DNA of 53,379 nucleotides from Reclinomonas americana ATCC 50394 (taxonomy: Eukaryota), in assembly GCA_048213135.1 (NCBI GenBank), contig PS015106.1, forward strand, positions 151,117-204,495. The letters are read 5' to 3'. Below, in pieces: positions 1-13,300 of the stretch (positions are counted from its first letter, which is position 1; the number at the start of each line of letters is the position of its first letter). The position numbers and the translations under genes were made by a program. The notes under the pieces are model-generated. The model was not told where the DNA came from, searched no databases, and saw only the letters and a program-made list of their open reading frames with translations.

Positions 1-16
1 TATGTGTACTGTGTGT

Positions 17-18
17 GT

Positions 19-72
<54 letters not shown>
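17..72. repeat. (CT)n/(GT)n microsatellite
   Basis: Directly visible dinucleotide run. Confidence 0.95.
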
Positions 73-289
73 CGAGATGGGTGTGATGGGAGTGTGTGTG
101 CAAAGTACATGCAGGCAAGTGTGCGTGCAAAACCAATGGCATCTTTGCTGCATGCGTCGTGCGGAAAATCACAAGCGAGTGAGTGCGACGGTGGAGAACG
201 AGAGGATGATGTTCTACGTTCAGAGTGCTTGCACGCGTCTTTCCTGAGAGGCGCATGTGGATGCAGAGCGTGATGGCCACAGAGAGTAC

Positions 290-1105
290 GGTCCTCTCCT
301 CTGGCTCCTCTTCTCCTCCTCTGCTTCCTCCTCTTCTGCCTCCTTTTCTGCCTCCTCTGGCTCCTCCTCTCGCTCCTCCTCCTCTGCCTCCTCCTCCTCT
401 GGCTCCGCCTCTGGCTCCTCCTCCTCTGGCTCCTCCTCCTCTGGCTCCTCCTCTTCTGCCTCCTCCTCTTCTGCCTCCTCCTCTTCTGCCTCCTCCTCTT
501 CTGCCTCCTCTTCTGGCTCCTCCTCCTCTGGTTCCTCCTCCTCCTCTGTCTCCTCCTCTGTCTCCTCCTCCTCTGGGTTCTCCTTTGTCTCCTCCTGCTC
601 GTCATCTGCCTCCTTTTGATTCTTCTCTCTCCCTCTGCCTCCTCCTCCTCTGGCTCCTCCTCCTCCTGCCTCGTCCTCCTTTTGTTTTCTTCTCCGTCTC
701 CACCTCATCCCTTGTCCTTCTCCTCATTCATCACCATCGCCTCTGCACCACCGTCCTTCTGCTGCCTGTCTCAAGCGTCACCAGAGTGTCGTTTCTCCCC
801 TGCGCTGTTCTTCTCCTCTTCTCGCGTCCTTTTCCTCTTCGTCATTCTCGCCTCCCGTCTCCTCCTCCTTATCGTGGCCAGCACGACCATCCTTCTCCGC
901 CCTCGTCCTTCTCCGGCTTCACATTCTTGCTCTTCCCCCCGTCAACTTGTTCCTCCCTTTCTTTCTCATCCATGGGCCGCCTCCAAAGCTTCCTTGTTCT
1001 TCGTTCCATCTCCTCTCCTCTCTCTCTTTCTCCTGTTCTCTTCTTCTCCTCCTCCTCTTCTCTTCTTCTCCTCCTCCTTCCTGGCTCTTCCTCCCTCCTC
1101 TCCCT
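290..1105. repeat. CCT-rich low-complexity tract with a ~15 bp unit (CCTCCTCTTCTGCCT / CCTCCTCTGGCT); possibly Glu-rich coding on the minus strand
   Basis: Tandem 15-mers at ~380-570 read EEEEAEEEEP on the minus strand (ORF 220-708). No coherent full gene model could be built. Confidence 0.7.
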
Positions 1106-1440
1106 TGCCTATGACCACTCAGAAAGTCGGAAACGCACTGAGCGTTGCTGTAGAACTGTGAAACTGTATTTGTTTTCCGAATCGCGGGCGCTCTTTTTCG
1201 TTTCCTGCTACAAAATATCGATATCGAACTCGGACGCCTCGGCACCAACCTCTCGCCCAGCTCACTTGATCACTCCAGCACGTCTGCTACTTGTGGCGAC
1301 GACGCCCAGTCAACGTCCTAAACATTGACGATGGCCTTTCGGTGCTGCGCTGTTTCGTAAAGGAAATTCGTTACTTTGCATTGCTGTATTCTTTTTGCTC
1401 CGGTTGCGAGAAAGGGTGATCTCCACACACACAGAACACC

Positions 1441-2221
1441 ATGTTCAATCGTCGCTTGGTTTCCACCCTCGTGCTGTCGGCTCTCGTCGCAGTCATGCTC
1501 GCGCTCGCTGTTTCGGCCGCTGAGGAGGTCGTGGAAAGGTGCGTTTTATGAGATATCGGAGCGATTATGTTGCGTGCGCAAGGCTAATCAACCACCGTCA
1601 GGAACGAGGCCGCCCCTGTTGCCAGCGAGAGCTGCTTGCAGGATCTCGCCACGCTGAAACGTCAGGTCCGCATGTCTGNNNNNNNNNNNNNNNNNNNNNN
1701 NNNNNNNNNNNNNNNNNNNNNNNNNNNNNNNNNNNNNNNNNNNNNNNNNNNNNNNNNNNNNNNNNNNNNNNNNNNNNNNNNNNNNNNNNNNNNNNNNNNN
1801 NNNNNNNNNNNNNNNNNNNNNNNNNNNNNNNNNNNNNNNNNNNNNNNNNNNNNNNNNNNNNNNNNNNNNNNNNNNNNNNNNNNNNNNNNNNNNNNNNNNN
1901 NNNNNNNNNNNNNNNNNNNNNNNNNNNNNNNNNNNNNNNNNNNNNNNNNNNNNNNNNNNNNNNNNNNNNNNNNNNNNNNNNNNNACGGCGACTGTGGCGG
2001 CGCCGGCCCCGGTGGCAGAGGAGGAGAGGGCGGCCCCTGCTGCCGTCGAGGCCGAGAGCGCCCCCGCTGTCGAGACTGAGAGCGCTCCCACCGCTGCCGT
2101 CGAAGCCGAGAGTGCCCCTGCCCCTGTTATTGAGGCCGAGAGTGCTCCCACTGCTGCCACGGAGGAGGCAAGCAGCGCCACGGTGTCGGAGGAGGAAGTG
2201 GAGGCGCAGGCTGCGTTTTAA
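1441..2221 (+). CDS. Small secreted acidic Ala/Glu/Pro-repeat protein (interrupted by gap 1679-1984)
   Basis: ATG 1441 gives the signal peptide MFNRRLVSTLVLSALVAVMLALAVSA. Intron 1539-1601 (GTGCGT..CAG). C-terminal AVEAESAP repeats, TAA at 2219-2221. Confidence 0.7.
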
Positions 2222-2670
2222 TGAGTTGTCCTTTTGTTTTCCCCATGCATGTAACTTAGAACACTTGTTGGTTTTCGCTTCTGTTGTGTTGTTGTTGTCG
2301 CCTGAACCTTTCCCCTCGCTGAATGAAGTATGAGGAACTCGGGTTACGTCATGTCGCGGAAAACAGCCCAAGTATGGCTCTTTCTCGCCAAATCCTGCAA
2401 AACGGACGAAAATCCACTCGCTCACTCTCTCTCCCCCCACGCACGCATGCACGCACACACACACTTTCTCTACGCACGCACACGTAAGCAGGCAGCACCC
2501 ATGTTCCAACCACGCATGCATGCATGCATGCATGAGATACAACTTGCGGTGCGGAGAAATCACTGGATACTCGGGACTCATCACATTCACGACTCGGGAC
2601 GCTCTCATTCGACACACACTTTTGACGTTCGAGTCGTGAGCGGAGAGTACTTGACAAGCAAGCAAGCACT

Positions 2671-4038
2671 ATGGATCTGGTCAGCAACGTGGGCGAGGAC
2701 AGTGTCGGCGCCTCGACGGCCACCATGAGGCCGCTGGTGCGCACGACAAGCGCAGAGAAGCTCACTGCGCAGCAGCAGATGATGTTGCAGCAGCAGCAGC
2801 AACAGCAGCAGCAGCGTCGCCACCGCCATCAACAGCAACACCACCACCACCTCGATCACGATCACAGCCACCTGCAACCGCTGTCGCCGCAGAGCGAGTA
2901 CGAGGAGGTCGAGGTGGAGGTCGACGATGACGACGAGGAGGAGGTGGCGCACAACCCGCTGCCCGACACCGTGGTCATTGTCCCAACTGCGCCAAAGCTG
3001 ATGCTTTCTGTTGCGTGATCCACAACCACTCTCTCTCGCTCTCTCTTGTTGTATCTCCTGTCCGCTCACGTTTGGTGTTAATCAGGACGCGACACGCGAG
3101 ACGGCCACGGCCGCCAAGGACTTTGTGTGCTCGGACTGCGGACAACTGAGCGCCGATTTCGCGCTGTGCCGCAACGGTGAGCACGTCGAGTGCGCCCAGT
3201 GCCTGGCCAAGGCTGGTGGCGCCACGNNNNNNNNNNNNNNNNNNNNNNNNNNNNNNNNNNNNNNNNNNNNNNNNNNNNNNCGGAGTGCGCTGAGCGTCGG
3301 GTGGCCTGCGGCGCCTCGGATGTCGGCTGCTCGTGGACGGGCACCGCCAGCAAGCTGGAGGACCACCAGGGCAAGGAGTGCCGGCTGTGGTTCATTGCGC
3401 CCATGCTGCGCACGTTCCACCAGACCATGAAGGAGCACGCGGCGCACACAGAGCACATGGTGATGGAGATGCAAGGCAAGGTCAACAGCGTCTACGAGGA
3501 CATGGAGCGCCTGAAGGAGAAGATGAAGGCACTGGGCAAGTACGTCAAGGCCGAGCGCGATGCCAAGAAGGAGCGGCAGCGCGAGCGCAAGGCCGAGGAC
3601 GAAGTGCCGTGGAAGTGCATGCTGTGCTCGCAGTTTGTCACCAACCTCACTCAGGATGAGATCCCGTGCATGTTCCACCCTGGCCTGCAGTTTGGCGAGT
3701 CTCTCTTTTCCTTCACCTTTCCATTTCCTTACGCTGACCACCACTCGCTTCACCAATCTGCAGATCCTCGAGGTGGTGCTGCGGTCACTGGACCCGACAC
3801 TCGTCTCAAGTACTCGTGCTGCAACCGCTACGTGGACCAGCACCCACCGGGCTGCACGGCACACGAGGGCCACTTGAGGGACGAGCGCTCAACCATGCTG
3901 CCGGCCGCCGCCGGCACCCACGGCCATGGTGCGGTGATGACTCCGCGAGGCTCACCACGCCCACGATCGCCACGCGAACGACTGGCTCGCCCCGCCATGC
4001 CGGCCTCGTCGGCCAACGGTCGCTCACCACGCCCTTGA
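2671..4038 (+). CDS. RING-like + TRAF/SIAH-type Zn finger + coiled coil + C-terminal Cys/His Zn module (putative E3 ligase/adaptor)
   Basis: Motifs CSDC..C.NGEHVECAQC; C....GCSWTG....L..H...C; a heptad region; CMLC..CMFHPG..YSCC..GC..H. Introns 3010-3085 (GTTGCG..CAG) and 3696-3763 region (GCGAGT..CAG). Confidence 0.7.
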
Positions 4039-4582
4039 TGATCGAGGGGCGCTAATTAAGGGTCGGACCACCCGATTCAGTGGTAGTGGAACGCCATAGA
4101 CCTCCGCTCTTGTGGCGCACGAAAGCCGTCGTGCACCCAACATTTTTGTGGCTGGATATACCTGTCTCTCTCTCTCTTTCTCTCTCATCTCTTCTGTTGT
4201 CTCGTTGTTTGTGTGTTTTGCTGAGCCTCTCGCAAGCGATTTTTTAAATACAAAAGTTGTAGAGTAGTGCCATGTTGTTCACTGCGGGTGGGGATGACAT
4301 CGCACAACGAGAGATCACATGAGGCCCACGGCGCCAGCGTCACGTTGTGCCGACAGGATCGACTTGCCGATAAAGTCCACGGAANNNNNNNNNNNNNNNN
4401 NNNNCCAACATTTTTGTGGCTGGATATACCTGTCTCTCTCTCTCTTTCTCTCTCATCTCTTCTGTTGTCTCGTTGTTTGTGTGTTTTGCTGAGCCTCTCG
4501 CAAGCGATTTTTTAAATACAAAAGTTGTAGAGTAGTGCCATGTTGTTCACTGCGGGTGGGGATGACATCGCACAACGAGAGA

Positions 4583-6548
4583 TCACATGAGGCCCACGGC
4601 GCCAGCGTCACGTTGTGCCGACAGGATCGACTTGCCGATAAAGTCCACGGAATGTCTGCAGATCAACGCAGTGAGCAACACGTACAGAGGAGAAGCACAG
4701 AGGAGGTTCATATGCTCGACCTAATGCTGCTCGTGTCAATGGCAGACATTACGTGGGTGAAGATCTTGCGTTCTGGGTTCTTGTTGAGGGCCTCGAATTT
4801 GCCACGCAGGAACGCAATGCCAGCATCGTAAAGCTGATCCGAGCGCGCAGGAGCTGCGATGTGGCGTGAGATTGCAAGGAGGAGTAGAACGAGAGGGGGA
4901 ATGTCCGCAACTCTGAAAGTCAGGGAACGCGTACGACAGCGACGAGCGCACTAGTTTCTCGCGGAACAAGTCGCTCTTGTTGAGCATGAGGATCACCGGC
5001 CTGCAGCATGTACACAGTCAAGGTGTGAGTGGTGTGGGATGTGGCAGACAGCGACGGCATGTACGCAACGTGGAGTTGAAAAACTGCCCGTTGATCATCT
5101 CGTCGAACAGCTTCATGCTCTCCTCCAAGCGATTCGTCTGGTTGTCCTCGTAGCACGTTCGGTCGTACCTGGCATCAGCTGTGTGAGCAAGAGAACGCAT
5201 ACGAATGATTTAAGAGCGCGCAACTCGTCAAGAGAGACAAAGAACAGCAGAGCGGTGACATTGACAAAACACTTGATCCATTTCCGACGCTCGGGTCGCT
5301 GTCCGCCAACATCAAAGAGACTGCGCATGCAGACAGATCCCATCTCCGATGAGACGCCGCCTCACAGAGATACCTCTCTGCGACGGTCACGAAAACGAAA
5401 CTGATGGTGGAACGGCGCCACCTCCACAGTCTCCTCCACAATACCAGTTGTCTTGACACGAACGCGCAAAATGTCCTCGACGGTCGGCATGTAGTCTGGT
5501 GCGCCAAGCCGCTGCACGCCGTCGAAGAAACTGTGCGTGTGCCCCAGGTCAGCGATATGCACGCTGTACACACGCATACATGCACAGAAACACGACTAAA
5601 CTATGCCGCCGAGTCATACAGCTGGAATTCATTGCGACGAGCGTGTGCATGGCGAATGGCTGAAACGACGAGTGAGCAAAGCTCAACACATTGGTGTGGT
5701 GCGGCATATGCTCACCTTCGTCAGCCCACAAAAGAGCAATGTCGGTGGCCACGTCTTGCGTAAACAACTCCGGTTGGTCGATGCACACCTGATCGTTCTC
5801 GCCCAACCGCAACATACGCTCGGCGCGTGGCTGCCATCACGGGCTGCAGGTCAGAACCAGAGTCGAAAACACTGACAGTAAGTGGACTAGCGTTACGCAA
5901 CCACGTTGTCGGGCTGCAGAGCGAGGTGGAAGAAGCGCACAGCACCCAGCAGCATGTACATATTGAGGCTGCGCACACGCAGCACGATACGTATCATCAC
6001 CGTGTTATCGATAGATCCGGATTCAACCCAACGAAGCCATGCGAGGTGTGTGTGTATATATGTGTGTGAAAGAGCAAGGCGTGACGCAACATGACGTTTG
6101 TGAAAATCCTGCGCAGAATGAGGAGAGACAGAGAACATTGCAACTTGAGTGCGCGATCACACACTGCAGGCTAATGTCAGAGCAACAGTACGCAACACAT
6201 CCTTCAGTCGCTGCCGCTCATCGTCCTTGAAGCCTCCAGAGTACAAAAGACGCACTTGTTTGTAGAACGTTGATTTGCCCGTCTCACCGGCGCCTAACAC
6301 GAAGAGTGAACAAGAGAGAGAATGTGTGTGTGAGAGAGAGTGTGTGTGTGTGTGTTTCAGTGCTACTCACCCAGCATAAGCAGCTTTGTGTGCGTCAGCT
6401 TGCCTCCATGCCGAGTGGCTTCCTCCGCCGCTTGTCGCAACTCCCGGGTCGCCTGTGAGACGTTTGACACTGCGCGTTGTGCGCGACCCTCCACGCGCTC
6501 ATCGTTGGCGTTGGCGACGCCAGCCGCCGTGGACTTGTTGCAACCCAT
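4583..6548 (-). CDS. Heterotrimeric G protein alpha subunit (12 exons)
   Basis: Spliced model: MGC N-terminus, [43 protein letters not shown], ending VGLM-TGA. All 11 introns are GT-AG. Confidence 0.95.
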
Positions 6549-6624
6549 CGCTCGTCAGAGTGCGTCGCGATCCTGTCATGTAGGACACTGTGATTCACGC
6601 TTCCACTTCATTGTCACACGAGCC

Positions 6625-7826
<1,202 letters not shown>

Positions 7827-7955
7827 TCCACCCATCCTCTTTACTGTTTGCTGTACATACGACGCCCGCAGCGGCGTGTTATTAAAAAAAGTTTAGCCCA
7901 CGAATTTGCAAGAAGGAGATTCTTTTCGCGCGCGTTTGAGTGAGCGGGTGGGTGG

Positions 7956-10281
7956 ATGGCGTCGTCGCCACCGCCACTGCGAGTGGCCGATGCGTCCATG
8001 GACGTTGCCTCTGTGCTCTCCCCGCCAACATCACAGCGAGTGCCACTGCCTCCACTCAGTGCCAGTATGCCATTGGCACTCGAGAGCGTGGTGCCTGCGC
8101 GTTCTCGCGTATTCGGGGCACCGCCTGCTCAACTCAGCAGCGCACCCGCTGCTGCCTTTAGCGACTGGTGCGCGCTCTCACTCTCTCTTCCCCATGCCAA
8201 CCAAGAGTCTGATCGAGACAACACGCACACACAGGTCGCGTCTTGCACATCCTCCCGCGCTGCTCGGCCCCGGAATGCACCTGTCGCCTGGCGCAGCAGC
8301 GGCCGCGGCCTCGGCGGTGTCGTCCATGTCGGCGCTGAGTCACACCGAGGACGAGACCGTGGCCTGCGTGATCATCAATCCCAAGAGTGGACCGCGACAG
8401 GGCGCCACCGAGGCCATCATTCAACGCTTTCGCGAGGTCTGTGCGTCGCCACCCCGCCCACCCTATTCTCGTGTCTGTTGTTTCATGCTGGAGGCACGGG
8501 CAGGAACTGGGAGCCGAGCACACGCATGTGATCCAGCCGCCGGATTTCTTGCCGCGCTTCTTGTTTCGTGGTTTCGCCTTGCTGCGAGTCCTCCACATCG
8601 TGTGCTCACCCCCCCCACTGATGGCAGTCTGGAGAAGTACGCCAGCCAGTCGGCCTCGCTGACAGTCTATATCTTTGGTGGCGATGGCACGGTGCAGTGG
8701 GTGATTTGGTCGGCGCTGTCGAGCCCACTGTTCACCATCGACACCATGCCGACATTTGTGCCGCTGCCAGCCGGCACCGGCAACGAGCTCTCGCGTGTCC
8801 TTGGCTGGGTGCGTCTCCCACCACTGCATTTGGGGAAAGAGAACTCGATTCTGACACTTGCACAGGGCACATCGGTGTCAAACGGCGCCGCCATCACCGA
8901 GCTGCTTCGGCGCGTCGAGGATCAGGGCGAGGAGCACTTGCTTGACACGTGGTCGGTGCGCGTTGAACGCGACAGTGATGACGCAGCGGCAGGTGGTGGC
9001 GGTGGTGGTGGAAGCAGCAGCAGCAGCAGTAGCAGTCGAGGTGCTGCCGAAAATCGCCCCATGTCGTACTCGGATCGTGCCTCTGCTGGCGGCGGCAGTC
9101 ACGATCGACGACGCTCCACGCTGGGAGACGACGACGATGATGTCGGTGGTGGCGGCGGTGGTGGTGGTGTAGGCGGCGGCGTTGGCATGTTTGACGATGA
9201 GCCGGTCGAGGAGGACGAAGGAGGCAGAGAGGTTGCTGAGGTCGCATTCGGCGGCGGTGACTATGTGGGCGTCGATGGGCGCTCAGTGGTCTCCTTCTAC
9301 CCCATGAGCTGCTTCTTCAGCATTGGGTGGGACGCAGAGGTGGCGTACGCTTTTGAGCAGCACCGCACGGCCAAGGTCGGCTGCTGTGCCAGGTGTTGTG
9401 GATGCGCGGGCAGTCGTGGCTGGGACAAGTTCCTCCACTGTTTCTGGGGCATGGGGGTGTGCGCACGAGTGTGCTGCTGCTGTATGCCGACGCTGAGCGG
9501 GTCTGCCGTGGTTCGCTCGCTCCGTGTCGACAACCGAGATGTGGTGCTGCCGGCCAACTGTCGCAGTCTGGTGATTGACAACATTCCCGGTCTGGCCGAC
9601 GGCATGGAACTGTGGCACCCCACCGAAGCCGAGATGAACCTGCCGATTGCGGTGCGAGACCTCTCTTGTCTGCGCATCGCGACTCGTGCATCCTCATCAC
9701 TGGTGTCTTTTATTTTGGTGTGCAAGGCTCTGGAAAAGCAACACATGGGCGACGGTCGCATCGAGGTGCTGTCGACTGGCGGACCGCACGAATATGTTGC
9801 GCCCCTTCCCTGGCACACGTCTGCCTCATTCCCTTGCCACTCATGTTTGTACCTGCATCGCTCCAGCTGGCCGTCCGATTGTGCGGTTGCTGCTATCGAG
9901 CACCGCATGTGGCGCAGGGTACGCGAGTGGAAGTCCAGTTTTCCGAGCCGACTGTACGTGTGCGCACTGCCAGTTTCTTATTTGCTCCTCCTCCTCGTCT
10001 CTCACATCGCTGTCCGCCCCACCCGCCAGGATGTACACTACCAGATCGACGGCAATCCGTACCGACACCGCCTACGGTCGGTGCTTGTCGAGCACTTTGG
10101 GACGGTGCGCGTGCTGCGGGCGTCCACGGACGCACCCGATCACGACCCGCACTCGCATGCTGTCTCCTCTCCGCTGTCGTCGAGCAGCGCCAGCGTCGAT
10201 GGCCACCGAGGTCGGCGGAAGAAGCGGCGTAGCAGACAAGGAGCACGCAAAAAGACCTCGCCAAGGACAAGCAGCTTGTAA
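7956..10281 (+). CDS. Diacylglycerol kinase (catalytic + accessory domains)
   Basis: IINPKSG, GGDGTVQWV, PLPAGTGNELSRVLGW, FSIGWDA, NIP, GDGRIEV, QIDGNP. Several short introns. Confidence 0.9.
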
Positions 10282-10340
10282 AAGTGGAAAGAACGAACGA
10301 AGGTCGGAAATTTGAGGGGGGTTTGCCTTACCACGCTGCG

Positions 10341-13300
10341 ATGAGTCTCGCGCGTGACCTGGTGGACGACATATGCGCCGACTTGACGTTTCGCCTCGAG
10401 CAACACGATCGCGAGTTGTGCGTGTGACTCCACCGATACACTCGTCTCCCTCTTCCACTCTCACACACTCGTGCGTGTTCGCGCAGTTCATCGCGACACG
10501 CGGGCGGGCGCGATCGCTCTCGCTCACCACCACCGCCTCCTCCATCGTCGAGTCATCGCGCGCGTCATGCCTCATCGTCACCAAGTGTGTGAGACTCACT
10601 GTGCGCGCGCATGCGTGTGTGTGTGTGTGTTTGCATCTCTCACTCTCGATGCACCAATCATGCAGCGAGTCAACCGCGCAGTCTCGACGATGAGCTCTCG
10701 CGTCTGCAGTTTGCGTGCGTCTCTCACCTCTTTTCTCTCCTGCTCCTCTGTACGTGTGTGCTGACAAGAAAGCGACGAACAGCAGTGGCGCTGCAGGCAA
10801 GCACGTGCGGTTTCCGATGATGTCCGCCAGTGGCGGTGTGGCGAGCGATGCACGCGGCGTCGGTGCCGTGTCGACGTCGGCGCACCAGCACCCACGAATG
10901 CTTCGCGTGTTTGGAGAGGTGGCCGACAAGCTCGAGTTCATTCAGCGACGCAAGCGCTTGCTGAGGGAGGAAATGGTGCATGGAGGCTTCGGCTGCGTTC
11001 CTGCTTGTTTCTCGTGTTCGCTCACTCTCGCTGCCTGCAACACAGGATGCTGAACTGGCGCAGATTGGCGAGTTGCTGCAGCGGCACTACGATGACTCGG
11101 TGCAGCGATTGGATGCGTACATGGCATCGCTGCATGACAAGGCGCGAGAACTCGAGAACGCGCTGCAGCAGGGCGCGAGCGAGGATCGTATCGGCGGCAT
11201 TGGTGCGCCCTCCTCTCGCTCGTGTTGTGTGCGCGTGTTTTGCATTGGCTGATGGGTTGCGCAGAGCACACGTTCCGTGCGCTGGTCGCGCAGCCTGTGA
11301 GTGAGGTGGCGCCGCCGAAGGAGTTTCGCTTGCTGCAGTCGCTGGAGACGCGTGAGAGGCATGCGGAGGCGTTGACGACAAAGAATGCGTTGCTGTCGGA
11401 CGAACTGGAGCGCACACGACAACAGCTGCGCGGTCTGGAGGCCACATCAGCTGATGCGCAGGTGGCCCGGGAGCGTGCACTGGCCGAGCTGCGTGCGTAC
11501 CAGTCGTTTGTCGGGCTCGGGCAGGAGAGCACCACGAAGCTGCTGCGCGACAAGGCCGTGGCCGAGGCCGACCTGGAAGCCGTCCGTCTGCAATGCAATC
11601 AGTGGAAAGCACAGGCGGAGCAGCTGCAGCAGCGTTTGCAGGTGGCACGCGATCAGTACGAAGGCGATGTGCATCGTGTGCGAGCTGACGCGTATGCCTA
11701 CGCCGAGTCGATGCGGAACAAGCATGAGGTCGAGTTGGCGGAGGTGGCCACCACCGGCCTCAAGTCGCTCAATCGCTACAAGGCACACATGGAGACCATG
11801 CAGCGCGAAATCGAAGTGCTGCGGAAGCAGACGGCGACTGCCGGTTTGTCAGCGAAGCGTTGCGCCGAGTTGATCGTATCTCACTGGGAGGGGGTTTGTG
11901 TGGCATGCGCATCAGCGTTCACGGAGGAGCGACTGGGTGAGGAGTATCAGAAGATTTTGCGCGAGGTGCGCCTGCAGCATCAGCAGGAGATTGCGTCGCT
12001 GACGGCCAGGTGTGTTTTTCTGGGTTGGAGATACTTCTGTGCGATGATCTCTCGGTGCTGACTGTGATGTCAGCCACCGCGACGAAATGGGTCGCATGGC
12101 CACAGACTGGGAGAAGCGGGTGGTATCCGCTCGCATCGCACAGGAGGAAGCCATGGAGAACGTACGCGACAACGTGCGTCGACAAGTGCGACTGGCCGAG
12201 GAGCGATTCTCGGGTGCGTCTGGCGGCCGCCCTTGCAGCTGCGCCTGCACGCGCGGTTCTCAATTGTTGTGGTGCAGAGTTGGCACGGCAGCACGAGTTG
12301 GAACTCAGGGAACGAGAGCAGCAAGTCGAAGGTGAGTTGAGCGGCCATGTGCCCAAGTGCGCCGGCAACTGTGTTGGACCCACTCGCCACATGCGTAGAT
12401 GCACGTGCCGAGGTACAACGGCTGCGTGCACACACTGCAGAGGTGCAGTCGGAGCTTCGAAATGAGTTTGAGTATGCGCTGTACAAGGAGCGCGCCAAGC
12501 TGCAGCAAACTGGCGGCGCTCAGTCGAGGCCACAACGCAGTCCGTCACCTCCGCCGTCGTTGGCGTCGCAGCCGCTGTCGTCTGCAGCAGCACGCTCATT
12601 GCGTCATTCAACATCACGCTCGCCCTCTCCGCCACCACCACCGCCCCGCTCAGCGGCGCTCTCTGCCCCGTCATACACAACCATGTCAAATTTTTCTGTG
12701 GTACGTGCGGTGCACACCTGAGCGAGAGATGTGTTGATAGCTGAATCGCATCCTCCACCGGCCAGCCACGTGCACCGTCGCCGCCACCACTACTGCGGAC
12801 CCTGCTCGCCGGTCACCAACCGTCGCCACCGAGTCCAGCTCGTGAGGCGCTGCAGACAGAATTGCGAGCCGTGCAGGCGCAACACGAGGCGGATCTGTTG
12901 CGCGTCAAGAGCGACTTTGAGCGCATCCTGCGCGAGGTGAGAACTTGCGTTGCACGGAAAATGCCGAGTGTCCCTCGCTCACTGCTGTGCAGCGTACCGA
13001 GGTGCTGACGGGCGATGCACAACGGGTGACCGAGGAGCGAACGGCCGAGTTTGAGCGACAGCGACGAACCCTCTACGACACTGTGCATCTACTGCAGGCG
13101 CAGTCAGAGATGCTGGAGAAGGAAAAGGAGCTCTTGAGTTGCGTGTGCCAATGGGGTATACCACGTGGCATGACTCTGTTCTGACACTGTGTGCGGGCAG
13201 GTATGCGGCTTCACCATCACACACCGGCGGCGCAGCGGTTTGGCGAGTTCAGCGCCATTTCCTCGATGACTGGCGGTATGGGTGGCGACCCGACGACGCT

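Noticed and set aside
4060-4134. Small hairpins between convergent 3' ends
   Set aside because: Only 6-7 bp GC-rich stems, expected by chance; no tRNA or ribozyme fold.
4136-4652. Exact ~248 bp direct duplication of the G-alpha last exon and 3'UTR
   Set aside because: The copies flank a 20-N gap and are identical, typical of unmerged overlapping contig ends.
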